64,000 bases of DNA. It comes from Eledone cirrhosa. Lineage: Eukaryota. A model generated the notes under the pieces. That model saw nothing but the letters and a program-made list of their open reading frames with translations, made no database searches and had not been told where the DNA came from. The stretch is from the NCBI GenBank assembly GCA_964016885.1, contig CAXHJY010001441.1:1-64000 (forward strand), given 5' to 3'. The position numbers were made by a program, and so were the translations under genes. Shown here in pieces: positions 28,375 to 40,995 of this stretch (the stretch's first letter is position 1; the number at the start of each line of letters is the position of its first letter).

Positions 28375-28910
28375 CACCACCATCACCACCGGCGACAATC
28401 CCACCGCCAACAACAACAACACATTCACCACCACCACCACAAGCATCAACATCGCAAACACAACAACAAAACACACACCCAGCAACAACGACAAGAAAAT
28501 AGCAGAACCACACCCCACCCCCAGAAAAACAAATGCACGGCAATAAATACACACAACAAGAAACTAATGACTTACATAATTGAACACACAGACATTTCAC
28601 AACACGACTACATAAAACCAGCACCAATCAAAACGCCAACGAACATAAGACTGGTAAAAATAGCACAGAAACAATACACAAACATTAAAACGAAATTCTC
28701 CAACGCAGTTGGTGATTTCAGAGACCTAGGAAGGACTCTCAACAGGAGAGTATATTCGGACATACTCATAGAAGAGCCGACGACCAGCGGAAGGGACGAT
28801 TCAACGGTCCCTCCACCAGACGATCAAGTGAAAGGGGATGGAGAAACCATCCTTCCTCTACGAAAAGTACGGTAAGTGGTCTTTCCCATCTTTTCCACTC
28901 CATTTTAAAC

Positions 28911-31900
28911 ATGACCTCACTCAGAATAGGCAGCATAAATGCCCGTGGCTTGGGGTCGTCATGGAAGCAGGGTCACCTGCTGAATGACCTCAGGTCACTA
29001 AACATAGACGTAGTGGCCATCAGCGAGACGAGAATCTCCGAAGCACGGGCCGTCGCACCGATCTTCGGCGGCTACGATGTGTACGCAACTCCCAGCCGTC
29101 CTGGATCAGGGGGGGAGGAGTTGCTGTGCTTTTTTGGAGAGGTTTGGATCTCGCCATACGGGCCATCTTCCTGGACCCAGAGGGTAAGTTGGTCGTGCTG
29201 GACGTGACCAGCGGAGACGGGCAAGCTTTCAGGCTAGTGGACGTCTAAACCTCGACAGGAGCCGGGCGGCCTGATTTCTTCCGGCGTCTGGAGATCTTTC
29301 ATGGAACTTCCGCTCCTTAGTGTTAATGGACGACTGGAACGGGATCTTAGATGCACGCTGGGACTGTGTGGGATTAGCGGATAGGGGAGGAGGGTGCAAG
29401 AGCCTCACCAACCTGCTCAGGCGTTTTGAACTGTCTGACAGGTACCGATTGGATTTCCCGAATGTGCCAATGTGGACTTGGACAAATCGCATAGGGTCAT
29501 CTAGATCATATCTAGATAGAGTATTTTGTAGGGAAATAGATAGGTCTAGCATAGGCTGTCGACAATTCAAGATAGTCAGCTACACGGACCACAAATTCAT
29601 GATCTGTGTGCTTGACTTAGATAGGCTTCATAGACGAGGACGCGGCTACTGGAAGCTAAACACGTTCTTACCAGCGCGCAAGGCCTACACAGACCGGATT
29701 AGCGAACTAGTTAAGCGGGCTTTGACGGGGGCCATCGTCAACAGCAAGTGGTGGTTTGCTCTGAAAAGAGCGATTAGAATAAAATCCATTAGGTTTAGTA
29801 AGGCTTTAGCAATAGAGAAAAATAGAGCAGAGGGAGAATTAGTTAGAAAATTAGACGAGGAGCTTAGCAAAGGTATCGCCACCGACGTGCTTGCGGCGAA
29901 ATTGGCCCTTGACCAATTCTTCAATGCAAAGCACGAAGGCTGCGTTGTCAGAGCTAGGATGCGTGCTCTCAGACACGAGGGGACGAAAGCCGTTCAATGG
30001 TCCCGAGTGGCGGAGGCGCGTCGTGGCAACAAAGCCACGATCCGGTCTTTGGTGGACCACGACGGCGCATGCTACTCGATCCCGGGCAAATGTGTGAAGC
30101 TTTTCAGCGACACTTCGCTCAGCTGTTCGGGGGCAGCGGTGGACCGGGTCGAGGGATGGACTTTAGTGTCTACCTCAACGGACTGTAGCGGCTCTCGGCC
30201 ACTGAGGCGGAGTGTTGCGAAAAGCCGATAACAGCCGCTGAAGTACGGGAGGCAATGACTGGCTGCACAAGGGGTAAATCGCCTGGTTTGGATGGTCTGC
30301 CCTATGAACTTTACGTACAGATGCCAGACTTGTTCAAGGCTTCTTGGCGGACGTCTACGGCAACTGGCAACAGAACGGGAGAATTCCCAGCTATGTGAGC
30401 CGAGGCGCGGTGGCACTACTGAGAAAGGATCCGACAAGGGGGATAATATAGATAATTTCAGGCCCAAAACACTGCTAAACACAGAGTTCAAGATTTTGGC
30501 CAAGGTGCTAGCAAAGAGGTTGGCGCTTGTCGTTGGTGGTTTGGTGGAAGAGGCGCAGACATGCGCCATTCCCGACAGATCCATCCACGACAACCTCCAC
30601 CTCATGCGATACATCGTAGAGAGGGTAGCTAGGGAACCTGACACTGGTGGGTCCTTCATCAATTTAGATCAGTCGAAAGCTTTCGATAGGGTCGACCATC
30701 GTTATTTAGCGGCAGTCCTGAGAGCGGCTGGCTTTGGGCCCGTCTTCAGAGGCTGGATCGCTGCCATGCACTGCGACATCTGCTCTGTGGTGAGAGTGAA
30801 CGGTCACCTTTCGGAACCATTCAACATCATGCGCTCGGTCCACCAAGGATGTCCCCTCTCGTCGTTCTTGTACGTATTGACTCTCGAGCCATTACTGCAC
30901 AAACTGGAGACGTTGAGGGGCGTCCCGCGCGAACTAGGATGCGGAAGATCCGTGTCAGCATATGCGAACGATGTCACCGTAGTGGTGTCGAACGCCAAAC
31001 ACATCGAGGCGATCGGCACTACACTAAGAGAATACGAAGCGATGACAGGAGCAATGATCAACCAGGAAAAGTCAGTGGGCCTGCAGCTCGACTCCTGGAG
31101 AGGCAGGTCCATGCCGTCCAACAGCGTCGTCGGACGCTGGACGGACGGACGGTTGAATTGCTAGGGTTCTGGTTCGGTCCGGACCTCCAGACGGACAAAA
31201 ACTAGGACGAGGTGACGAGCAGGGTGGCTTCTCTCACCTAGAAATGGGCGGAGAGGAAGCTATCCCTGAAAGGTCGAGCGGAGGTGGCTAACGCGTACAT
31301 CGCGTCCGTCATCTGCTACCGCCTGACCGTCGTACCTTGTCCTAAGCCCCGCCTGACTGCGCTGGAGCGTTTGCTCTTTCGCTTTTTGTGGAAGGGACGC
31401 GCTCCGATGGTCAGGCGGTCCATCTGCTGTCAACACGCGCTACGTGGAGGGCTGGGCATGTCGTGGCTGATGATGCGCAGACACGCGCTCAGGCTACGAC
31501 ATCTCCACCTCTTCCTCGACGGTGATCAGGTGTGGTCGCCGTTTGCTAGACACGTATTTCCCCAGCTCGTTTCCTTGACGGAGCTGCAGTCCTGGGTCAA
31601 GCGAAGACCGAGAGGGAGCGCCTGGCGACTGGAATTTCTTCAGGCGCTCACAGCCCTCGACCAATCGGGCAATGTGATCGGTGGAAACTCCACCTCGGCG
31701 TTCTATAGAGGATTAGTGGAGGGCAAGAGCGACGATGTACGTGGGGAAACTCTAGGCGTCGACGAAAATCAACTAGCGAATCTCTTCGGAAGAACTTTCG
31801 GGCCGGGACCTATGGACAACTTCCAGAAATCTCTGGCCTGGCAGTGCTACCGAGGAGCCTTGCCAGTTCAGGATAAACTCTACAGGCTTGAAGGTGCTAT

Positions 31901-32319
31901 CAGCCGGGCAAGTCCGAGATGCGCGCAGGGCGACTAAACCGTCCTGCACGCACTCGTCCAATGTCCGAAAATTACTGGTTTATGTCGAACACCTGCTGTC
32001 GCGTGTAGGACGGATCCGGCTATCATCTGAGTCGATCGTGAGGATTGCCCCGCCCTCTTCCTTTAGCCGGGAAGGGCAGGCAGTTTTTATCTGTCTGGTC
32101 GTCATGGCGAAACAGATAGTATGGTCGACACATTTGAAAGGGCTGAAGACGAGCACTTACCTCTTCGGTGATGCCCTGATTGACTTTTTCAAATTTCAAT
32201 TGAAAAGGAAAATCAGAGTAGAGAGGGAAGTGCTCTCTTCCCAGCATTTTGTTGAAAGATGGGTGAGAGAAGCAAGAATGGCCCGAGTGAATGGGCCTAC
32301 TCTGAGTACGTATATGTAA
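28911..32319 (+). pseudogene. Tx1 ORF2 (APE endonuclease, RT, C-terminal Cys domain), several frameshifts and stops
   Basis: MTSLRIGSINARGL...DVVAISET; SYLDRV; TDH; RT motifs; the catalytic YADD reads YAND. Confidence 0.9.
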
Positions 32320-32567
32320 ATTAAAGGTGTAAAACTGGGAGAGGGCACTTACGTTGGTGGTCAGGGTCACTGTGGCCTTTTACTGGGCTTTCTCCACAAA
32401 TGTCCCTCCGAAGTCTCCCCCCCCCCCCCTATTGGAGTATTTTTCATTGTTATTTTTATGTTACATCCTCTGTTTTTGTTTTTTACACGCAGAAATGCCC
32501 ATTAGTACCGTCCTGTATTGTCCTGCACTGTCCTTAATGTCTACTTTATGTAAACCCTTGTGGTTAA

Positions 32568-34180
32568 TATGCTCGGCACCGCTCTCAAGGAATACGAAAC
32601 GGTGACAGGATCAAAGATAAACCAGGAAAAGTCGGTGGGCTTGCAGCTAGGCACCTGGAGAGGCAAGTCCATGCCGTCCGACAGCGTCGTGGGGCGTTGG
32701 ACGGACGGACCGGTTAAATTGCTCGGGGTCTGGTTCGGACCGGACCTCCAGATGGAGAAAAACTGGAACGAGGTGACGAGCAGGGTGGCCTCCCTCACCC
32801 AGAAATGGGCTGAGAGGAAGCTGTCCTTGAAAGGCGGGGCGGAAGTGGCGAATGCGTACATCGCATCCGTCATCTGCTACCGCCTCAGCGTCGTCCCTTG
32901 CTCCAGCCCAACTCTCACCAAAATGGAGCGCCTCCTCTTCCGCTTTTTGTGGAAGGGACGCGCTCCCATGGTCAGACGATCCATCTGCTGTCAACACCCG
33001 TTGCGTGGAGGACTAGGCATGCCATGGCTGATGATGCGCAAACATGCGCTGAGGCTGCGACATCTCTGGTGCTTCCTTGATGGTGAACGGGTGTGGTCGC
33101 CGTTCGCCAGGCACATTTTCCCACAGCTCGTCTCCTTGACGGAGCTGCAGTCCTGGGTCAGAAAAAGACCGAGGGATAGCGCTTTGAAACTGGAATGTCT
33201 CCAGGCGCTCACTGCTCTTTCCTAGTTGGGCACCAGTATCGGTGGAACATCCACCTCGGCGTTCTATAGAGGACTAGTGGAGGGGAAGAGCGACGACGTT
33301 CTCGGAGAGATCCTGGGCGTCGAAGAAGATCAGCCGCTTGCTCTCTTCCGGAGAACTTTCAGCCCGGGGCCTATGGATAACTTCCAAAAATCCCTGGCCT
33401 GGCAGTGCTACCGGGGAGCGCTGCCGGTTCGAGATAAGCTGTACAGGCACAGAAGTGCCGTCAGCCGAGCCTGTCCGAGATGCGCGCATAGCGACGAAAC
33501 CGCTGTGCACGCACTCGCTCAGTGCCCAAGCATTGCTGACTTGTGGAGCTATGTCGAACAGTTGCTGTCACGTGTGGGATTGATCCGGTTGTCGATTGAG
33601 TCCATTGTGAAGATGGTCACGCCGTTTTCCTTTGAGGAGGAAGGGCAGGCGGTTTTCATCTGCCTGGTGGCCATGGCGAAAGAGATTGTGTGGTGGACAA
33701 GGTTGAAAGGGTTAAAGACAGACACTTTCCTCTTCGGCGAATCCCTGATTAAGTTTTTCAAGTTTCACTTGAAGAGGAAAATCAGGGTGGAGAGGCAAGT
33801 GCTGCCTCCTAGCAAGTTTGTTGAAAGGTGGGTGTATGTAGCGAGAATGGTCCAAAGTGAACAGGACCACTCTGAATATACGTCTGTAGTTTGAGAGATG
33901 GAAACATTGAGAGAGGGCACTTGCCCTGGTAGTCAGGGTGGCCGTGGTCTTTTGTGTGGTTTTCGCCACGAGTAACCCTCGGAGGTTTCCCCCTTATTGG
34001 GGAATTTTTCATTGTTTCAATTTTCATTTTATTGTTTATATATATATATATATGTTTTATGTCTTTTTTTCTTTTCTTATATAAATAATAAAAATATTTA
34101 CACGCACAAAACCTACATCGTACCGTCCTGTGCCGTCTGTGATGTTTTTCTTGATGTTAGCCCTTGTGGCCAATAAAGAA
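32568..34180 (+). mobile_element. 5'-truncated Tx1 LINE of a sister subfamily, fused to the 3' end of the preceding copy
   Basis: Post-RT ORF2 region with a single stop at 33223 and an intact CPRC...HALAQC motif. It has a different 3' UTR and ends AATAAAGAAAT(CAT)(TAT)n(TAG)n. Confidence 0.9.
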
Positions 34181-34206
34181 ATCATCATTATTATTATTAT
34201 TATTAT

Positions 34207-34254
<48 letters not shown>

Positions 34255-34343
34255 CAACAGCAGCAGCAACAGTAGTAGTAGTAGCAACTGCAGTAGTAGT
34301 AGTAGCAGCAGCAGTAGCAGTAGTAGTAGTAAAGCAGCAGCAT

Positions 34344-34381
<38 letters not shown>

Positions 34382-34389
34382 ATAGCTAG

Positions 34390-35800
34390 ACGTAATACGA
34401 ACACCAAACGCCAAAACTCGCCGTCACAACGACCACAAGAATGGAAACAACAACAAAAACAAGAAAATGCAGCAAGAAGAGAAGAAGAAATAATGACAGC
34501 AACAATGAAATAGGAAAACACGAGTGAGGAGTTGATGGAGTTCATATTACAAAAATACAAAGACAAAATGGAAACCTGAGAGAATTTTGCGGAACTAATC
34601 AGTCACAGACAAATATTAATGGCATCATCAGATGACTACTTGACAGAAAATATCCCACGCAGCTTCGGACGCCTCGTCGTCAATTATCCGAGCAAAACAG
34701 ATGTGGTTAGGCATTTTAAAGAATTCATTTCAGCTTTCGGGGATCTTATATTAACCCATCACTCCAATAGAATAATGTAAGGTATGATGTAAGTTACGAT
34801 TTCACGCCCCAAAGTATCCATCTAACATGATCGTAACCAGAGATGGAAGTGAGGTCCGAATAAATGCAAAGCCATTTGCTTTATCATCTCGGGACACTAA
34901 GATATCCGGGAGACATACAGACATGCTCACTGTTGCATCTCTTAGTCGATCTGAATCAGGATATGGATTAGCAGTGTTGTTTAGGAAATGTTTGAATACG
35001 ATCTACCTTCCTGGACTCTGACGGGGATTCTGTAGGGTTACACGTGAGCAACATCGAAGGCTGTGTCATCAGATCCAACGGTTATAAGGCGGACAGATTT
35101 GTTCATGTGCTAAGGTGCCTGTCTGGGAATATCGTGCTCTTTAATTTTAGTGAGGATTTGGAATGGCATTCGAGATGCTCGTAAATATTGTGTAGGTTTA
35201 ACCGATGGAGAATGGTTCATAAAAGCCTCGTAAACCGGCTCAGTCAATTCAAACATTCTGAAAAATACGGGCTTGATTTCCAGAATATGTCAGTGTCAAC
35301 ATAGAGGAACGGTATCGTTTCATCCAGATTATATCTACATAAGGTAGTTGATAAGTCAGCATACAAGAGAATATTGTATGGTGTTCGTATTTTAATCTAA
35401 TTGACTACGCAGAACACACCACACATTTTTAATCTGTTGGATCATATAGAGAGAACCCATAGGCAATAATTCGTTGACTACTCAAATTTGAACTGGTGAT
35501 TTGGAGATATGAAAAACCTACAAAAATGGATGATTGAATTAGTGCGACGACGTTTGAAAGGAGAAAGTTGTCGACGTCAACAATCAATTGTGGGGCGCTG
35601 GGAAGTGAGCATTTAGAATAGCTCGATAAGAATTAGTAAATTAATAGAGATAGAGAAATGATAGATTAAAAGGGGGGGGGGGGTTATCAAACAAATTAAT
35701 CACATGTACGTAATAGGAAAGTCAATAGACGTGTTAACTGTGAGAATGGACTTTGTCAACATAAAACAATGCAAAACATGATGTGTCCCCAAAAGCAGCT
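34390..35800 (+). mobile_element. Very degraded Tx1-like relic (ORF1 start and APE)
   Basis: Remnants such as IYLPGL, WNGIRDAR..CVGLTDG, YGLDFQNMSV and SSRLYL resemble the APE region of the neighbouring copies. Confidence 0.55.
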
Positions 35801-36039
35801 AAGTATTACGTGGATTTTGTTAGATATACTTTAAGGCTTTAGAAAATCCGTACATACATTTGGGTGTCAAGGAAATATACAGAAATATGATTGAGTATGT
35901 TTGTTTGTATGTGTTGGATGTCCGATAGTTCCGATTTCAGTTATTTGAATTTATTTAGTAAGAGAAACAGCTTGCTCGTGAAGTTAATGTGCCAATTGCT
36001 GAGCATTCTATAGACTCATGTACACTTAGTGTAGTTCCC

Positions 36040-36385
36040 TTAGTGTTGGTGGTGGTAGTGGTGGTGGTGGTGGTAGTGGTGGTGGTGGTGGTGGTGGTGT
36101 TGGTGGTGGTGGTGGTGGTAGCGGTGGTTGTGGTGGCGGTAGTGGTGTTGGTATTGGTGGTAGTGGTGGCGGCGGTGGTAGTGTTGATGGTGGTGGTAGT
36201 GTTGGTGATGTTGGTGATGGTGGTGGTGGCAGTGGTGGTGGTAGTATTGTTGGTAGTGTTGGGGTAATGGTCGTTACGAGGATGATGATGATGATGATGA
36301 TGACAATGATGTTGCCGATAACGACGACAACGATGACGACGACAACGACGACAACGACGACAACGATGACAATGACGACGATAAC
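36040..36385. repeat. (GGT)n/(GAT)n/(GAC)n trinucleotide tract
   Basis: Visible runs. Confidence 0.9.
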
Positions 36386-36732
36386 GAGGTATATGTGAAT
36401 ATGAAATAAATATTCTATTATTTCCGTTTTATTTTTTTCTGAATTCATCAACAGTATTAACCTCATTTTATAACATCCAACAACATTTCACTGCCTAGTC
36501 AAGATTGCCAGATGAAGCTACAGGTCGTGGAGTAAGCTGTTTTAAGACTGCCCCATAGAGTCATACATGTTTATGTGTGTGAGTGTGTGTTTGTGTGTAC
36601 GTGTGCGTGTGCGTGTGCGTTTGTGTGTGTGTGTGCGTGTGTGCGTGTCTATTATGAGCACGGAAAATGTTTGCTGAAATATCTGCTAATAAATATTTGG
36701 CCTACGGATTTATATAAATATATATATATGTG

Positions 36733-36850
36733 AAAGAGTGTGGTTGAGTGGTTAGAGAATTGGATTCGCAATCGTGAGGTTGTGAGTTCAGTTCCCAGAC
36801 CCGCTGATGTATTATGTCCTTGAGCAAAACACTTTATTTCATGTTGCTCC
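36733..36850 (+). mobile_element. 5' fragment of a tRNA-derived SINE (12688 family)
   Basis: GTGGTTGAGTGGTTAG...GAGTTCAGTTCCC...TGTCCTTGAGCAAAACACTTTATTTCATGTTGCTCC. Confidence 0.65.
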
Positions 36851-36964
36851 CTCTACTTGGAGTTTCGATAGATAGTATTAGCAATTTGAAAGACCATTGC
36901 AAACATTGTTTCCTCGGTCGGATTTGACGAAAGTCGATCGTTCATATGTGTGTGTGTGATTCTA

Positions 36965-37240
36965 GCAGAAGTAAATGTGCTGATTAGCCTCATTTGCATA
37001 TTGAATTGTACAAGCCGGCTCAGCTTGAAGAGTAGATTAAAATATTCTGCGAGGTAACTGTGTACATATAAGTATGTGAATAAACATTTGGAAATGCATT
37101 GGCAGTTATCACTCCCTATGTCAGCTGTAATTCGCTAGACGGCGGTGATCTCCAATATTCAGAGCTAAACATTTCTAAATATTTATTAGAAACATACCGT
37201 GTATCGTTAGATATACGAAATTCACATACTTATATGTATA
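36965..37240 (-). repeat. Fragment related to the family B octamer region, with an internal inverted repeat
   Basis: GATTAGCCTCATTTGCATAT...GGCTCAGCTT resembles 40750-40795. ACATATAAGTATGTGAAT and ATTCACATACTTATATGT form an inverted pair. Confidence 0.45.
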
Positions 37241-37288
37241 CAGCTATGTCGAAGCGAAAATGTTGATTATTGTTATATATATATATAT

Positions 37289-38545
37289 AAAATAAATAAG
37301 TCAAATTTTTAAAATTTAGCTTCGTTTATTACTGCTATATATATTTCGGTGACAGCCATCTTTGGCTGTGACTTCTTCAGGCAGTCCGAATTAGTGTGGT
37401 ATAGACAAGTGCATATGTTGTTGAGATGTACAACTTTGTCAATACTCTGATATGCCCAGTTCCTGGTTGAGTTGTTATTTCACTGAGGAACTGGAATCAT
37501 ATGAATTCAAACAAACGAATTTCAGCGTCAAAGGGCCTCTTCTCCTCTCATTGGTCAGTTGTTAGAACATTCCTCAGTCAAAAGTCTATAGAAATTCGTT
37601 CTGAGGCAAGCCAATCTGGAGTTGTTGTTCTTGTTATTGTTAGGTACCTCTGACCTCAATTCTTGTGTTGGTAGTATTGTTATTGTTGGAGTTAGCTTAA
37701 AAAATTGATAAATTGGTAAAAGGAACAAGGTGGTAAAGGAACAAAATAACAAAAAAATGTCAAACTTCCCATTGGTCAGTTTTGAGAGCATTCCTCAGTC
37801 CGAAATCTATAGAAATTCTTTCTGGGGTGAGGCTCCCTGTAGTGTTTGTGTTTGCTATTGTTAAGTACATCTGACCTCTACCCTTATTTTGGTAGTGTTG
37901 TTGGTGTTATGGTCAGCTTATGTCTTGCTGCTGCTGACAATTTAGAAGTATCTGTGTGTGTGTATTTTCATCCCTCCTGCCACCATCTCCCGTGGTGGTG
38001 GTTGGGGGGGGGGTTCTTCCATGTATATGAAGAAATATAAGGCAATAAAATGAAGAAAACAGAAAATAAATAATAAATAGAGAATAAAGAATAAATGAAA
38101 AATTAATGAAAAAGTAATGAAAATGAATAAGGAGAAGTGAAAAATAAGTGAAAAATAAAATGAAGATTCAAATACAGGAAGATAAAGTGTGTGTGTGCAT
38201 AACCAATCTCAAGGTCAGAAATATGTTGGATAGATTGGTATGAGGACAAGATGGTAAAAGAATAAAAGAATAAGATAATCAAATAAAATGTGTTTGTGTT
38301 TTAACCAATCTCAACTTAAAAATAATAAATATAAGGTGATGAAGTGAAGAGAACAGAAAACAAACAAATAACAAATTAATAAAGAGAAATCAGGATTGAA
38401 AAATTGAAACATCAGAAATCATGTAAATTAAAATGTATTTGTGTTATAAAGATGTTGGCCAAATCCGGAGTAACCAAACCAACCTGCACACCTCGTCGAG
38501 TGCTCCAATCTGCATACTAGGGTGTTGGTACAACATATACTCAAA
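37289..38545 (-). mobile_element. Solo PLE2-family pseudo-LTR/3' region plus an inverted tail segment
   Basis: Reverse complement of ~9680-10390 with internal duplications. 38465-38545 matches 10405-10488 in direct orientation. Confidence 0.8.
37331..37385 (-). ncRNA. Type I hammerhead ribozyme (PLE2 family)
   Basis: Minus strand: ACTGC-CTGAAGA-aGTcACAGCCAaagaTGGCTGTcACc-GAAA-TATATA-TA-GCAGT-AATAAA. Confidence 0.75.
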
Positions 38546-38980
38546 ATCTATCTATATATATATCCAGGGAGTGTAACTTGGTGTTACTGTAGGTTCACCC
38601 GGGTGAGCACTCGATGTTTAGGTTCACTTCAGTGTAGAGCTAGGCAGAGTGTATTATGGTGAAACAATCCACTACCACAAATATCACCCCACCATAAACA
38701 CCTCAACCTTTCATCCTTATCATAAACAGCAACACCACACGTACACCATACACAAAAATAAGCCACATCTACATGCGAAACTGTCTACCGACAACCAGCA
38801 CCGCCCCTGCACCGCCGCCCACTTCAACCTACGACCGGCACCACCAACTTATCAGCAGATACACTACAGGCAAAAAACATCCCTATGAATTAATCCACCA
38901 ATCAAAACAAACTTCACTGACCACCATAGGAACAACGTATCATACGGCATGTATATTCATCTTTCCATTAACATTACAAG

Positions 38981-39067
38981 TGGTCTGACGAGCCGCGGAT
39001 TACAAAGTCGGGTCAGATCGATACAGATCGAACCTTGAGCTGATCAGTGGCGAAGCGCGCGTCACCA
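38981..39067 (+). ncRNA. Type I hammerhead ribozyme with long stem II, in a pLTR-like non-coding element (~38565-39118)
   Basis: TGGT-CTGACGA-GCCGC...GTGGC-GAAG-CGCGCG-TC-ACCA, then AATAAA at 39071. GAAA reads GAAG. Confidence 0.7.
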
Positions 39068-39115
39068 ACCAATAAATGTAATGAAGGAGTAACCAATCGT
39101 CCTTGTTATCTTATG

Positions 39116-39145
<30 letters not shown>

Positions 39146-39146
<1 letters not shown>

Positions 39147-40492
39147 CATCATCATCATCATCATCATCACCGTTTTACGTCCGTTCTTCCACGCTAGCAT
39201 GGGTTAGACGGGTTGTCCTGTTGTGGGCAGTGTCTGGTCGGCTGACCATGCCTTGCTCATACAGGAACTGATCTGGCTTGATTTCTACAGCTGGATGCCC
39301 TTCCTAACACCAACCTCATTTACAGTGAGTGCTGGGTGCTTTTTCGTGGCGCCTACAGTGTGGGCTGGGTGCTTTTTTGCCGTACCACCTCCACGACCAC
39401 CTTGCAGTGGGAGGGTGTGGGGCATATTGTCGATATGCTTCAGCTTGTACCCATGGGAGGTCGGGTACTCTGTATTACTGCGTGACGCCAGAGGTCACGA
39501 TCGTGTGTCATCGCCTTTGAGAGGTGTAATTGGGTAAGGTCGGCTTTTATCACCTCATCCCACGTCATTTTGGGTCTCCCCACTCCGCAGTTTCCATCGA
39601 CTTCTAGTGCTCTGCACCTTTTTATGCAGCTGTCATAATTCATACGCATCACATGTCCATACCAACGCATCCGCCTCTCCTGCACACAGCATTTGATTCC
39701 ACTTATGCTCAGTCTCTCTCTCAATTCATTTATGCTTTGTCGTTCGCGTATTATTACACATCCATCGGAGCATGCAGGCTTCGTTTCTCTCTAATCTACG
39801 TAAGTCTTCCACCTTCAGCGCCCAGGTCTCACTACCATGTAACATTGCTGTTCGGATACACGCATCATACAGTCTGCCTTTCATTTTGAGGGAGAAGCCT
39901 TTTGCAGCTAGCAGTGGCAGTAGTTCCCTGAACTTCTTCCATCCCGTTCTTATCCTAGTTATTGTACTTTCTGAACACCCACCTCCGCTGCTAATTCGGT
40001 CACCTAGGTAGCAGAAGCTGTCTACTGTCTCTACAGAGCACTCCCAGAGATTGGTGGTACTTGGGAGGTACATTCCTCACTAGGGAAGGCTTTTGTGTTT
40101 ACGACCGTCCTTCTGTCACGTCCTCTGATGAGGATAAAATCTATCTGACTAGAATGCTCCCCTGATCTATAGGTGCTCAGGTGGTTGTCGGGTTTTTTGA
40201 AGTTTGTGTTATATATCGACATGTCATTGGCCTCGCAGAATTCTAGAAGTCTGAATCCTTCTTCATTTCTTGTGTCAACCCCATGGCCTCCATTGAAGCC
40301 GTCACAGTGTTTACCTACGTGTCCGTTAAAATCTCCTGCGATGATTAGGAAGTTATTGTCGTTTGTTAGAGCAGTAGTGTGCATTAGGGACTCGTAAAAT
40401 CTATCCTTAAGTTCGTCTGGCAACCCCGATTGGGGTGCGTAAGCTGATATTATTGTGTTAATTGTTTTATTCAGGACTAGTCTGAGTTTAAG
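39146..40492 (-). mobile_element. RTE-clade LINE with the RT domain deleted and a (GAT)n tail
   Basis: APE motifs SAYAPQ, IIAGDFNGHVG and SQIDFIL are joined near 40030-40075 to post-RT motifs VETVDSFCYLG, LHGSETW, RMRWYGHV and GRPKMTW. The tail reads (TCA)n on the plus strand. Confidence 0.9.
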
Positions 40493-40526
<34 letters not shown>

Positions 40527-40631
40527 AAATATTTCGTATCTCCAAAGAGATACGGTTTTAGGAAGCCGTAGCTATGCAAACACTCGGGGGCTAACGCCTT
40601 CTGGTGATGTCCAGCAGAAGCAAGGGGGACA

Positions 40632-40675
40632 ACCGTCTATGCATTTCAAGCTTAACTGACCTTCGTCAGGACGGT
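40632..40675 (-). ncRNA. Minimal type I hammerhead ribozyme (family B, unit 1)
   Basis: Minus strand: ACCGTC-CTGACGA-AGGtcagttaagCTT-GAAA-TGCA-TA-GACGGT; perfect 6-bp stem I and palindromic stem III. Confidence 0.85.
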
Positions 40676-40718
40676 CCCTCCCACCGCTTGGGATTGCTGG
40701 ACTAGAAGACAGGCGGAA

Positions 40719-40767
40719 TATATAGTTTTCTCGTCTGTGTAAATGAGGTGATTAATCTCATTTGCAT
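40719..40767 (-). promoter_or_regulatory. Putative snRNA-type promoter cassette: octamer, PSE-like TCACCTCA, TATATA
   Basis: Minus strand: ATGCAAAT-gagattaaTCACCTCAtttacacagacgagaaaac-TATATA, upstream of the HHR. Confidence 0.45.
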
Positions 40768-40953
40768 ATGAAGCTGCATAAGTTGGCTCAACTTATAATA
40801 GAAAAGAGATAGGATTTCACTTCAAACATAGCTTTTTTCAATATGTACAAATATTTCGTATCTCCAAAGAAATACGGTTTTAGGAAACTTTAGCTATGCA
40901 AACACCGGGGGTCTAACGCCCTCTGGTGATGCCCAGCAGAGGCAAGGGGGACA

Positions 40954-40995
40954 ACCGTCTATGCATTTCAAGCTTAACTGGCCATCGTCAGGGCG
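40954..40995 (-). ncRNA. Minimal type I hammerhead ribozyme (family B, unit 2; stem I mismatch)
   Basis: Minus strand: CGCC-CTGACGA-tggccagttaagctt-GAAA-TGCA-TA-GACGG. Confidence 0.65.

Larger units (their letters stand above)
26511..32567 (+). mobile_element. Full-length but mutated L1/Tx1-clade LINE (5' UTR, ORF1, ORF2, 3' UTR)
   Basis: Begins after (TAT)n. ORF1 carries a CCHC knuckle and ORF2 is APE-RT-Cys. High identity to 20470-23720. Confidence 0.92.

Noticed and set aside
36026-36466. Proline-rich (formin- or extensin-like) ORF
   Set aside because: It is a (GGT)n microsatellite translation with no flanking domain or exon evidence.
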